DNA from: Octopus bimaculoides
Taxonomy: Eukaryota
Direction: 5' to 3'
NCBI RefSeq assembly: GCF_001194135.2
Contig: NC_068981.1
Coordinates: 6,707,544-6,743,310 of the forward strand
Length of the DNA: 35,767 nt
Shown one piece after another: positions 20,881-33,522 of the stretch; position 1 is the stretch's first letter; every line of letters starts with the position of its first letter. Below the pieces are notes generated by a model. That model did not search any database and had not been told where the DNA came from. It saw only the letters and a program-made list of their open reading frames with translations. The translations under genes and the position numbers were made by a program.

Positions 20881-22415
20881 CGCATAATAAATTAGGAAAG
20901 GATTAATTAACGTTGCGAATTAACGACATGGTGAACATGTACTCAATGCAATCAGGACTTGCCTGAACAAGTAGCTTCACGCCGTAAGCGGAAAACCGTC
21001 TTGGGATATTTCTTCTTTTGTCATCTTGTTACTCTTTAGATTGGTGCTGATGGGTCGAATTTTGTGGATGAAATTGTCATGTGTACTTCTATGTGAGGGT
21101 CTAAATAGTTTTTAGCATTTGAATCTATTAATTTGATTATATGAGAGATTGGAAAGAGATGCGCCAACATGTGTAAGTGTAGGTTAGTTACTTCGCGTTA
21201 TCATCGTGACGTGACATTTCTTAAAGTCACGCGTGATCTGACCTTTGGTAAAGATGCTGACGCTGCTTCTTGCTCCTTACAGATTTTTACTGCTTTTTTT
21301 TTGTGGTTTTTCTTGAATACAAATATTTACGACTTTTCTGCTTTTCTTTGGAATATTCTATTTGCGATTTCGCTGTTTTATTTCTTGCTTACAAGTTGTA
21401 TTTCTGTTACTTTTTTTTTGTAATGTTTCAGGCTGCCATTAATTTTATCAAATTGTCTATTTGTATTGTGTAAGTTTATCTATCTTTACTAGGTTTTTCA
21501 CAAACAAGACCGAAGATCCAATGATAAAATATCGACATAAAAATATAAGATCAACAAACTGATTAACACAAAGAGTGAAACTAACTTCGTTTTGATGAAT
21601 CCGCACAAAATAGTTAATAAGAAAAGACAAAATGTAGACAATTTTAATAGAAAACCGTCGCAACAGAAAATACAAAGTAACATAACTGTATTTAAACACC
21701 AGAAATCGTGATACAACACAGAAACTCAGAAATATATTCTATTTCCATTTCAAGTTTCCAGTTCTAAAAACAATATCGCCGCCCCTATAATGTCCATAAC
21801 AAGGGACCAAACTCATAATATAGACATGGTCAACTGCCAGAGAGGATGCAGCTCTTATTGTTATAACGCATGAATATATTTCACTAGAAAATTGATAGCG
21901 ATAAGTCATCTTCATCAAAATAGAACATCATTATCATACAATAATTGGTGTCGGTGACAACGCTACAACACCAAAGCATGACATTGAAATGCCACCACTT
22001 TATATTCTAATAATATAGGGCAGGAGGATTCATGGAACCAGCATGTGACATATATAATCTCATTCCTCCAATACACTGGTGCCACAAAGAGCATGATATA
22101 ATAGCATAAGTCAATCAACGCGGATAGCGTAACATCGTGTGGATATACATAATATATAAAAAAATATCGATATATAGGGGTAAGAGGGTTCAGGAATCTA
22201 AGTGTAGGAAGTTTGTAAGCTTCAAGCGGTCAGTGGAAGATATAGAAAAAGAAAAGTGGACGGTGAACGATCAGGAACAATAACATTTTATTGGCATCGA
22301 AGGTTACACAAATTTCACCATATCGAAATTATGAGAAAATTCGATAAGCTAAAAGTTTCTATATGACACGCTCATGGTTAGCAATTGTAATTGTTACAAA
22401 TACAAATAAAAACCC

Positions 22416-22689
22416 AAATTGAGGGAGCGGAACTAGTAAAATGCAGGCTACATATGTTTCTTAGCTACCGCTCCTGGGACGTAATAATTTCTCAATGACG
22501 AGTACTCAACTGAGTTAATCATCAGGTCGAGAATACCTTAATTAAATGTAATCTTTATTTAACTAAGGTATTCTCGGTTTCATGATTAGTTAAGTTGTGT
22601 ACCCGTTGTTGAATGATTATGACGTCAGAGACTCAGTCAACTAAGAAACATATGTAGCGTGCATTTTACCTGTTCTACTACCTCAATTT
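22416..22689. repeat. ~274-bp imperfect fold-back element
   Basis: Arms pair along their length, with perfect blocks GCTACATATGTTTCTTAG/CTAAGAAACATATGTAGC and GAGAATACCTTA/TAAGGTATTCTC; centre near 22550. Confidence 0.85.
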
Positions 22690-22694
22690 AGATT

Positions 22695-22865
22695 ATGTGT
22701 ATGTGTGCGTATGTATATGTGTATATATGTATGTATATACGCATTTATATATATTTGTATATTTCTATATGTACGAATGTATGTATGTATATATGTATGT
22801 AGGTATGTACGTATGTATGCATTATGTATGCATCTATACACACATACACACACACACACACACAC
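22695..22865. repeat. (TATG)n/(CA)n microsatellite
   Basis: Direct reading. Confidence 0.9.
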
Positions 22866-23199
22866 ATCGAAATCGATGTTAGTAGTCTTCATTCAAATAG
22901 TCGTGATGTTACTTAACGCACTTCAAACAACAAAACCACATCATTTGCCAAGTTTCAATGGAGACGAAATATTCACCGCAAAGCAATTCAAATAACACAT
23001 GAGTGGCAGTATGCTTTGCCGCTTAACTCACTTTCTGTTCTAAATAATCCATACTGATCTACCCACACTGCTCAACCACTATCCAGTAATCCTCTTTGCT
23101 TCACACACTTACCTCAACAACAACAAAAATGGCTATCTAATTTTCCTTGGTCCCTTTCTCATCATTATCATAAACACATTACATATTAATGAAATAAAC

Positions 23200-23500
23200 T
23201 CATTTCTAAACTTGAAAAATGCCCGGTAAAAATGACTTCGATCGTGAGATGAAACTTTAGAGGATTCCACTACACATTTACCAACTTAGCAACTCTGGTG
23301 TGGCTCAGATTTCTATTTTGCACCCACACATTTCTTGTTATACGCAAATGACGCTAATGAAATTGAAACTAACAACGCTCACACCTATGTAGATGACATC
23401 ACCTTTCGTGTCTCCCCAACCCTCGGAAGCAGGTGGCAACAGTTTACATACGAGATATATCTCAACAAATCTCCATTGACTCCATAAACGGAGACCGCAA
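23200..23500 (+). mobile_element. Degenerate CR1/L2/Jockey-group reverse transcriptase fragment
   Basis: 23291-: NSGVAQISILH / PTHFLLYANDANEIETNNAHTYVDDITF, corresponding to SGVPQGS.L.P.LFLLY.ND...H.YADD, with one frameshift. Confidence 0.75.
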
Positions 23501-24561
23501 AGTTATATTCCAATGCGTCCCAAACAAACTCGTCTCCGTTAAAAGTGTAACGATTTACTCACAACACATCTCAATGCTATTTCTCAGATAGGCACAGACC
23601 GACTGTTGTGTCAACCCCCTCCCCCCAAGCGAAGAAGTAGGATCGCCCAAGACATATAAATAGAGGTCGTCTAGCCATGGTAGAGAATTGAGTGACTGTT
23701 AAGTAGAGATCATCCGAAGGTGCTAGATAGCAGTAGCTTGAGACATAACACCGACCATATATGTTACTGAAGAGTAGCGGTTCAGTGGATCACATTTTTC
23801 CCCCAGTATATGACTGGTATATTTTCATCGCTTCAGGATAAACAAAAGGAGAGTCTACCTCGGCGAATCTAACAGAAGATAGACGGATGCTCTACAGATT
23901 CTGCCAAGCAGAGTTCTCAGCAATTACTGATTTCTAACATTAGCAGACGACAAGATATTTTAGGTGAAGGTCATAAATGGTTACTCTTAAGCTCCAAATG
24001 TCACAGATACTAATTCTAATAGACCCCCGTAATTAGGAAAAACAAATTCAAATGTGACAGAATTTGAACTTACAAGGCACAGAAATCACTGCATTCGGCT
24101 CTCTATCGATTCTATTCCCAAGTATCGCCTTCCATAATTATCCTTATTAATAAATGTCATTAATATAACATTTCATTGTTTCATTATTTGTCACCTTAAT
24201 GAGTTGAAATATTAGTGGAAAACATTCAGTTATTAAACAATAATGGCGCCGGCAAAATATTAATAACGTCGCAAAGCTTTACTCGATTCCATTCAAAGGT
24301 AATTTGCCGCATTGCTATAAATTATAAAAGCAAATTTTAAACCAGAGCAATTTAGAACCTTTTTATATTGTTGTTGTTGTAGTTTTCTAGTTATTATTGT
24401 TGCTGACCTTGTTGTTCTGCGATAATTCATGTCGAATCTTCATTAAACGCTATTCGAGAAATGAGGTGGAAGATCACATCGTATGTTGGTTTGTGAAATA
24501 AATCAAAAAACCAGATTAAACACGATTCCGAACAACAACAACGATTCTTAGATGATTATCA

Positions 24562-25039
24562 TCTCTCGCTCCTCTCTCTCTCTCTCGCTTCTCTCTCTCT
24601 CTCTCGCTTCTCTCTCTCTCTCTCGCTTCTCTCTCTCTCTCTCTCTCTCGCTTCTCTCTCTCTNNNNNNNNNNNNNNNNNNNNNNNNNNNNNNNNNNNNN
24701 NNNNNNNNNNNNNNNNNNNNNNNNNNNNNNNNNNNNNNNNNNNNNNNNNNNNNNNNNNNNNNNNNNNNNNNNNNNNNNNNNNNNNNNNNNNNNNNNNNNN
24801 NNNNNNNNNNNNNNNNNNNNNNNNNNNNNNNNNNNNNNNNNNNNNNNNNNNNNNNNNNNNNNNNNNNNNNNNNNNNNNNNNNNNNNNNNNNNNNNNNNNN
24901 NNNNNNNNNNNNNNNNNNNNNNNNNNNNNNNNNNNNNNNNNNNNNNNNNNNNNNNNNNNNNNNNNNNNNNNNNNNNNNNNNNNNNNNNNNNNNNNNNNTC
25001 TCTCTCTCTCTCTCGCTTCTCTCTCTCTCTCTCTCTCGC

Positions 25040-25079
<40 letters not shown>

Positions 25080-25090
25080 TCTTCTCTCTG
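24562..25090. repeat. (CT)n tract with periodic CGCTT interruptions around a gap (~24664-24998)
   Basis: Direct reading. Confidence 0.9.
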
Positions 25091-25107
25091 CTTCTCCATC
25101 ACCAGAT

Positions 25108-25167
25108 CTTTTATCTTCTACTTGTTTCAGTCATTGGATTGCGGCCATGCTGGAGCACAACCTTGCA
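25108..25167 (-). mobile_element. SINE family A, 3' tail fragment
   Basis: TACTTGTTTCAGTCATTGGATTGCGGCCATGCTGGAGCAC. Confidence 0.8.
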
Positions 25168-25669
25168 GAATTTGCCGTGTATTTTGTGTCTATATCTATT
25201 TACTGATTCTCGCATCATGTTTCAAAAATGCTAACGTGGTATATATTTTAAGGACGAACTCTAAAACACAAAAAAAAAAAAAATGGGGATGCAGTTGTGT
25301 CCTGTCCGTGTAGAAAATTCTAAACAATATTCCTAAAAGACTACTGACTGCATTAAATATTAAATGTTTTATTGGAACACTGAGTCGAACAAAAAACATT
25401 TTCAGACAATATTTATATTTTCACTTCATTCAATTTTACCTTACAATGTTCCTTCATTTAAGCAACCCTTGTTAATAAATACTTTTAATTTCCAAACCCG
25501 TATTTGATTCTATTGCCTTCCGTTTCAACACACAGATGTGCATAAGCATCTGTATACACACCTTAGAATTAATGTTATTCTAGTTATGACAGGAGCCCCT
25601 GCCTTCTCACCAGCAAGGCTTTCCTGTAGGTGTGCTTAAATGTATTTGTTTCCTCAAATAAATGGTACT

Positions 25670-25806
25670 TAAGGTTTGAGGTCCTGATGAAAGTGTAAGG
25701 TGTTACTTAGGCACTCAAATACCAGTGCACACCACCTATAGCAGAAACAGCTGTAAGTTAATGAATTTCATAAGATAATCGCTTATTCCATTGGCATCTC
25801 GTTTCT
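25670..25806 (+). mobile_element. Relic of an HHR-type terminal repeat, homologous to 34814-34950 (-)
   Basis: CTGATGA 25684-90, hairpin AGTG-TAAG-gtgtta-CTTA-gg-CACT, GAAA lost. The downstream AGTGCAC..TAGCAGAAAC..CTGTAAGTYAATGAA.TTCAT is shared with the minus strand near 34900-34853. Ends at a TA-rich tract. Confidence 0.5.
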
Positions 25807-26694
25807 TATATATGTATGTGTATTTATATATGTGTATACATACACTATTTCTGTGAAATGTATTGAAATGTGTTGGCGGATAATATGTTGATACCGGTAA
25901 GTTGGTATTACAAAACTTGCAACAATTTGTTGTTTTGGAGGAGTATTTGTTGTGTGTTGTACTCGGAGTAACGAAATGCCGAACTCTCAGTTAGTAACTA
26001 ACAACTAGCGAATAAATCAATATCGAAAAACAAAAATAAATAGAGAAATAAATAATATAATATGGAAGTAAATGTTGTGAACTGCTTCTAAACATGGACG
26101 GCATTCAACGTCCGGAAGAGATATATTCATTTCTGTTCCCTTGTAACAATATTTCACACTGTATAGAAATAATACTTCCTTCAGAACTGTAAACCAAACT
26201 TTGATCTCAGGTTTCTATGATATCTCAATACGGGGAAGTGTTATCGTTTTATCAGATAAGCTACTTTCTTTGACATTCCAAAATTCCTCCGTCCCAGACC
26301 TATTTCCAGCAGATATACAATGTTTCTTATAATCTATGGACTACTTCTCGATTCTGTAAAAGGAATCAAACTTTCTCATACGCTTGCCAATTATTCAGAC
26401 GGAAGTCATCTTTGCCTCGTTATCTTTATATCTTCTCTATTACGTAATAGACTTCAAAGGTTCACTCTTTCCATGTGATCCGTTTACGCTTTGCGCAGCG
26501 AAAATATTCTGTTTACTCCGCTTTTAGAAATCATTATCTATTTCAAACTTCAATGCGAACATTCCTTATCATATATTCCTGTAAATGCTGCGAGCAATGG
26601 TAAAGATTTGATGTCATTATTAGCAACGAACCAATCGATCCAAATTCTTCAGTCGGATTCTTCAGTACTTTAAGAAAACCTCCATGTATTTATC

Positions 26695-27125
26695 TATGTG
26701 TGCGCATAAGTTATGCTATGCATGTGTGCGCATGTGAGCATGTATGTATGCATGTATGTATGTATGTATGTATGTATGTATGTATGTATGTATGCATGTA
26801 TGTATATATATATATGTTTGTATGTATGTGTGTGTGTGTGTGTGTATGTTTAATATGTGCGTCTTCATATATGTGTTTATACATCTATATACGTACATGT
26901 ACGTATGTATGTAGGTATATATGCATGCATGTATGTATGCATACAAATACATACGCTTATGAATGTATCGATATATATTTGTCTTCACGAGAGCCTGTGC
27001 GTGTGTGTATATGAGTGCATGTCTAGGTGTGAGTGTGTGTGTCTGTGCATATCTGTGAGTATATGTTTGTGTACGTGTCTATGCGTGTATACGAGTGTGT
27101 GTGTGTGTGCGCGCGCGCATGTTTA
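26695..27125. repeat. (TATG)n/(TG)n compound microsatellite
   Basis: Direct reading. Confidence 0.9.
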
Positions 27126-28019
27126 TCTGCGTGTATCTGTGTGGATGTCTGTTAGTGCCTGCTTACATAAACTATTCAGATCAACCACAGAGGAAAGATA
27201 AAAAAGAAACTATTCTTTGGTCATGGAATAATGAAAAAATTCATAGGCAAGCCAGCCCTGACATCCACCACTGACTCCTCTGTGGCCTTCCATCCAACAA
27301 TAATGGACACAATACAAAGACTTCAAACGGCACCTTCGCTTCCAAATGTCTACTAAATGCACAAAGCACCAAGTCATCCATCGATGCGCAAACAGGGAAG
27401 ATTCCATATATAGAATGTTAGATTGTTGAACAAATACATCTAATTCGTTTCTCCATCTTAACCAAGCTTCACCTCAATAACTTCCGCTTTGATGCTGTGG
27501 TACACACATAACCAGCATTCTCAAAAGCGCAGGCCGCAAAGAAAAACAAGAAAAGTGGCCATTTGCAATTGCTACGGGAACAAAGCTAATGTACTTCAAG
27601 AAAGCCTCGGATATAAATCAGAGACTTCCACTGAAAAATGCGATTTTGGAAACATATTAAAGAAGAATGATTCGAACCTTCCATCAGGGATTTGGCACAG
27701 AATACTTTGAAACCTGGTCGTTGCATCTGCATTGCAAACAAAGCTGATTGGCTGATATTGTATAATTTAATGGAGGAATGTGTTTTGGTTCTTTCGTACG
27801 AAAGACGATGAATACATTTTGTACCTGGTGTTCAGCAACAAACACACATCCATAATATCTCAATTCAGAAAGCTCTTTCCATAGACTACGATGCGGTACC
27901 CTGCCATCTTACTTTCTTCTATTTCAATCCAAAACCAATCATAATATATTTGAATATATCTATCTACATAGAGTACACTAGGGACTAATTGTGTATCAAT
28001 TATCACTGGTAGATTGGTC

Positions 28020-28134
<115 letters not shown>

Positions 28135-28469
28135 CTAGAGATATCACACTGACTTGAAGATGCTTCTAACTACTAAATGCTCAAAACACACACCAATCCA
28201 AAAGGAGAGGCCGGTTTGCGAAAGCATAAAAGACCATCATTTGATAAAAATAAATAAATTGATTAACCACAAACTGCGAGAACCAGCGGCGCCCACAATC
28301 TACAGAAATAACAAAGAGGGAATCGGGGAAAAAAATCCCGTTTATGGCATCAATAAAAGAATGATCAACAACCAAAGGACCAATGACAAAAACTGAACCA
28401 GAAATGGAACCCAAATTGTATAATCTACCAAAAGACCATTATACTGATGTCTCCTTTATAGTTTTACAA

Positions 28470-28689
28470 TAATCTGTTCTACTCTAGGCTCAAGGCCCGA
28501 AATTTTTGGGGAGGGGGCCAGTCGATTAGATTGACCCCAATACGCAACTGGTACTTAATATATCGACCCCAAAAGGATGAAAGGGCAAAGTCGACCTCGG
28601 CGGACTTTGAACTCAGAACATAAAAACAGATGAAATACCGCTAAGCATTTCGTCCAGTGCGCTAACGATTCTGTCAGCTCGCCGCCTTA
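28470..28689 (-). mobile_element. SINE family B, full length
   Basis: Reverse complement: GGCGGCGAGCTGACAGAATCGTTAGCGCACTGGACGAAATGCTTAGCGGTATTTC..GAGTTCAAAGTCCGCCGAGGTCGACTTTGCC..TTTCATCCTTTTGGGGTCGAT. Confidence 0.92.
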
Positions 28690-28929
28690 TAGTTCTACAA
28701 TAATTCCAAAGCAATGAGGATGATTCCTTCCAAACCAAATTTCAGCCGTCTTCAGTGATCCTGCAGACGTTACCTAATACAGTATCAGTAAAGACAGCCC
28801 CAAGCTTGCCCACCCTAGCACAACTCTCGATGCACTTGACATCATAGTAACAATAAATACAATTCAACTCTATCCAGAAATAATCTCGGCTAAATTTCCT
28901 GCTTGCGTCCTCAAATACCGATCTTTAAT

Positions 28930-29331
28930 CTGTTTTCTTTTATCATTTGCTTGTTTCAGCCATTAGGTTGCGGCCATGCCGGAGCACCGCCTTGAAGAAT
29001 TTTTAGTCGAGCAAATCAACCCTAGAACTTATTATTTGTAAAGGCTGATACTTATTCTATCGGTATCTTTTACCGGGCCGCAAGGTTATCGGGGCGTAAA
29101 CACACCAACACCGGTTGTCAAGCAGTGGTCTCACACACTCACACGCGCGCGTGCGCACGCACACACACGCGCGCGCGCACGCACACACACACACTCTACG
29201 AAATCCAGTCACAAGTCTTTGGTCGGCCCGAGCTTACAGTAAAAGACACCCAATGTGCCATGCGGTGGGACTGAACCCAAGACTATGTGGTTGGGAATCA
29301 AACTTCTTATCACTCAGCTACACCTGCACCT
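28930..29331 (-). mobile_element. SINE family A, full length
   Basis: Tail GCGGCCATGCCGGAGCACCGCC, internal (CA)/(CG) microsatellite, head GGTGCAGGTGTAGCTGAGTGATAAGAAGTTTGATTCCCAACCAC on the minus strand. Confidence 0.9.
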
Positions 29332-31180
29332 ATAGACACGCTTGCGCCCATATTACTTTTCCACTCCTTTAATTAATCTTTTTGGCGATAATCGCCAGAT
29401 ACAGGACGTATACCTTTCTAAAGCACCCTGTCATCTCTCTCTTTTCAAAAGGGGAAATGCTTCGCTTGCGGTAAATTACTGGTTGATCTTAACTTCCATA
29501 TTAAAGGGGTGGGGGATAAGATGAGAAATGACTAACTTCATGGCGAACAATAATCTTCTAAGTGGTTTCGGATCGCTTTGATGACATTTTAATTGATTTG
29601 GAAGAAGCTTCTAATACAGATGTAAAATAATCGACCGCAACAGCCTTTAAAAGAAGATACAGCAATGGATTTCAATGAAAACTACTTCAATGGATTAAGT
29701 TTTTGATTTTCCTGGTAAACAGAACCAATATATTTTGACTGACGGTTCCTCTTCAATCCATTAAATGTCATTAGTGAGGTCTCTTAAGTCACTAAGACCG
29801 TTTCCCTCTTCAGCCTTTACATAAACGGCATCACAAGTAGACAAAATAATAATAATAATAACAATGATAATGATAATAATAATAATAATGATAATGATAA
29901 TAATAATAGATAAATAAACAAAGGGCAGAATATAAGTCGTCGCACACAATTCTTAACTCCACAAATCTATCATTCTGATCTCCAAGCAGTAATTGAATGG
30001 GTAAAGCAAAAGAATGTATTGCTGAACGTGGGCATTATGGAGTCCATCCACTTTACGACAGGGGACATAATTAAACAGTTGTAATTACGTCCCCTTGAAG
30101 AGTTTCGTCTCATGTTGTAATTATCGACAACAACATCAACTGGAGAGACTACATTAATAATACTATCGGTGTGGATTGCAGGATGTGCTCTTGGATTCCT
30201 AAATATTTCTTCTCCATAGATCCAGATGTCATTATCCTTCTATACTCTATTTCTGTACGGCCCAACTCGGAGTCTTCTTGTTCTCTGTGATCTCCCTATG
30301 CCAAGTAAAACCTAATGATTATATAAGACAATAAATAAAAGAAAATAAATATAATAAAAGAAAACAATGGAGAAAAATGATATACAAATGATAAAAACGG
30401 ACATAAACAACTAAATAAAGAAAACGTGATAGAAAATGACATCAGAGAGACTGTATAGAACATATATCTAGAGAGAGAATATATGTAGTTACATAAAAAA
30501 AAAAATGGTACACGTTGCCTTCTCTTAAAGTGACTCATGACTATAAAAAGAACTGGTGTATAACTAATATCATAGCATATCATTTGGTCAATACAACGAT
30601 ATACAAAATTATAAAATCACCTTTTTATGTCAGATTAAATGCTATAAAATTAGTTCTGAATTGAAATGCTAAATTATTAATACAAGCATGCAAAAGCAAT
30701 TATTTGTTTATATTTATTTCTATCTTTTTATGTTTAATTCTTTATTTTATTTTATACCGTCATATATTTCTGCAATATATTCATATCATTCCATCAGTTT
30801 GTCACTCTTTACTCTTATTTCTTCGACGGGTTTCTTAATAATGGGTTGGATCTTTGGAAATTTCATTTTTCGTCTGTTTCGAATATAAAATGACAGTGCA
30901 GTTCAATTCTTTTTTACAGTGGCTTGAGAATCGGAAACGTGAAACCTGAAGGATTAGATTTCAGTTTCTGCCCAATCTATTTGTATGATTTTATGAATCT
31001 TCTTCAATATTGTTCATGTTTCTTAATTATAAACTTGACATCTCTTGATTCAAGAACAATTTGGTGATTAACGGCTATTGTCATTGAAAGCTAAGGTCAT
31101 TCGAAGTCCTGACACAAGAGACAAAGTACTGACAAGATATTTCGAAGGCAAATTGCAGAGAAAGAAGTATATCATTGTGT

Positions 31181-31250
31181 GCAGGAACGGTTGCGTGGTA
31201 AAGGAGATCACAACGCAACAATATGGTTCTGGGTTCGATCCAGTTGCGCA
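31181..31250 (+). mobile_element. Isolated tRNA-like SINE head
   Basis: GGTTGCGTGGTAAAG...GGTTCTGGGTTCGATCC (A/B-box-like), similar to family A heads. Confidence 0.5.
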
Positions 31251-31365
31251 ATAGTTTAAACGATTTCTTCTAACATGGCCTTAGTTTCATCAGTGATTTG
31301 GGAGCGAAACTTAGAAAATGAAAATCCTGCAGAAGAGTGTGTGTGTATGTGTGTGTGTGTGTGTA

Positions 31366-31435
<70 letters not shown>

Positions 31436-31511
31436 TAAATATTCACACATAATACATCTATCTATCATATACATACATATAAATACATATAATGTAATAT
31501 AACGAGAAACA

Positions 31512-31689
31512 TGTAATATAATATGTGACAATTATTCAGCTGTCATAATAAAACTCCGAGTTTCGGATGTCGGGGCGGAAAACTGCTTGCTTCGATAACT
31601 GACGAGATGCCGGAGCAGTTTTCCGTCCCGACATCAGAAACTCGGAGTATTATTATGACAACCGAATAACTGTCACATATTATATTACA
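31512..31689. repeat. Inverted repeat, 76-bp arms (70/76 identity), 26-nt spacer
   Basis: 31512-31587 is the reverse complement of 31614-31689 with 6 mismatches. Confidence 0.95.
31594..31654 (+). ncRNA. Type I hammerhead ribozyme motif
   Basis: Stem I GATAA/TTATT, CUGACGA 31599-605, stem II GATG/CATC + CGG/CCG, one extra A at 31636, GAAAC 31637-41, near-palindromic stem III ACTCGGAGT, GUA triplet 31647-49. Confidence 0.7.
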
Positions 31690-31754
31690 GATAAATTCCT
31701 CTATTTACATAATATCGAGGTCTCATTCATTCTTTTGTTGTCTTATCATTACTA

Positions 31755-31801
<47 letters not shown>

Positions 31802-33353
31802 GTAGTTTAAAGATCCTATATAGGAAGAATCAACAAAAAAGAACTCCATCCAATGAATATCAGTTTAATATACAAATTACGAAAGAGCTACATGCTTTTA
31901 CGATCCTTGAAATGGGCAGATTTCTAAAACGTGCCATAGGTCTCGAAGCACCCTTCAAACGCTCTATTTATGTTTTCTCACTTCTCGTTACACCTTTGCA
32001 TCAACCTTCTTAGCGTTTATTTATTCTCGTTCTTTTTTCATTTTCTCATATTCCAGCGTCCTAGTTGTTAAAATACATATAATGCATAAACAGTACTAAT
32101 AAAATTAACGTATAACATTAAGACACTTGATAGCGAACCGAATACGTTGCTTTCTGTTTCTTACTTTGATACATCCCAATGTTGATTACAATATTTCCAG
32201 TGCTTTATAGAGATAAACAGTTCTTTGATATTTTATGCTAATTAACAAAACCTAATTATCACTGGAAATGGAACAGAGAGCAACATATTGCACTAATTAC
32301 AGTTATCAAGTTTCGTTGTCTTTACGATTCAGAAATTAAATCGTGCCACGAGAATCATTGTCTTTCTTTTACGCTAAGTTAATGAAATAAATATTTGTGA
32401 TTTACCGGTTCAGTACACTCAAATATATTATAACGGAAAGAAAACTACCCAGGGTCAAAATCCATGCCAAAAATAACAGTCAAGTTCAAGCCAGTTTGTT
32501 TAATATAGGTCGGGAAACATCTAACCAAAACACGTCTATAGCTGTCGCTCTCGTATCTACCAAGATCAGATAAATTTCTATCACTCATCCAGTTAATGAA
32601 CTCCCTCGTCTCGTCATCACGTAAGAGTTAATTAATTAGATGTTTTTTCTTCCCACGCTACATTAATTACGATACCCTGAGAATGTGAGTCACGGACCAA
32701 GACTAAAATAATTCTTCTTTACGTGGTTTCCTTTCACATTTGTTTAATCAGTTTCTCAGAGGCAACCGATATTTATTGGCAGCTAGAGTAAAATTTACCA
32801 TCATCATCATCATCACCGCCGCCGCCACCACCACCACCACCCAAACTTCCTCAACAGCTGTACTTCGCTGACCCTTCCCTGCTTCTACATTTTTCTGAAT
32901 TTCCTCTGCTATTGATAGACTTGACCTGAATCTGTTTCCATTTCGATATCTATCTACTTCGAGTCGGTTAACCTGCAAACAAATATATATATATATATAT
33001 CCAACTGAAATTTCCTGAATATGTACAGATTTGGTAGTCTCTCTTAGATAACCTTCAGTTGGGTGCAACGGTGAATCTGATACCTCAATTGACATCTGGT
33101 AATGATGTATAACAAAATTTATTGGAAACGAATCGTGCTGATTAGCAGCGGCACCCTTCACTTTCTCTCCCATCCATAGAAACTCCTTCGCAGAATAGTC
33201 GAACGAACCTCGAATCAACATCGTGTTTTTTTCTATTTTACGTCCACATCTTCTATTTCTGTGTTTCGTGGGATTTATTTAGTTAATACAAGCAAGATCT
33301 CGTAATTATGTCAAAATCATATCTGACTACATATTGCAACGCGAGCAGGCCAG

Positions 33354-33412
<59 letters not shown>

Positions 33413-33522
33413 TTAAATAAATATTTAAATATATAAATATTAAAATAAAGCACATTACTCTACTTCTGGTATTTGAGTACTCCTTTTTCCACCTTGTTTC
33501 ACATTCATGTGCTTACTCATCA

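Noticed and set aside
21190-21245. TGACGTGA / GTCACGCGTGAT motifs as a promoter
   Set aside because: Short motifs without supporting context; not distinguishable from chance.
22470-22530. Minus-strand CTGATGA (22524-22518) as the 5' core of a hammerhead
   Set aside because: Stem I cannot be formed with either downstream GAAAT..GTC or GAAAC-ATAT-GTA; kept only as a note under the fold-back finding.
24230-24298. 69-nt candidate exon LLNNNGAGKILITSQSFTRFHSK with AAG|GTAATT donor and a P-loop-like NGAGK
   Set aside because: The acceptor lacks a pyrimidine tract, and the Walker A requires K[ST], which is absent here (KI).
28730-28760. Minus-strand CTGAAGA-cggct-GAAAT-ttg-GTT motif
   Set aside because: It falls inside the CR1 coding fossil (AVFSDP), has no stem II and only a 3-bp stem I; chance match.
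30905-30990. Strong acceptor TTCTTTTTTACAG at 30918 followed by GLRIGNVKPEGLDFSFCP
   Set aside because: Only a moderate donor follows and no homology is recognised.
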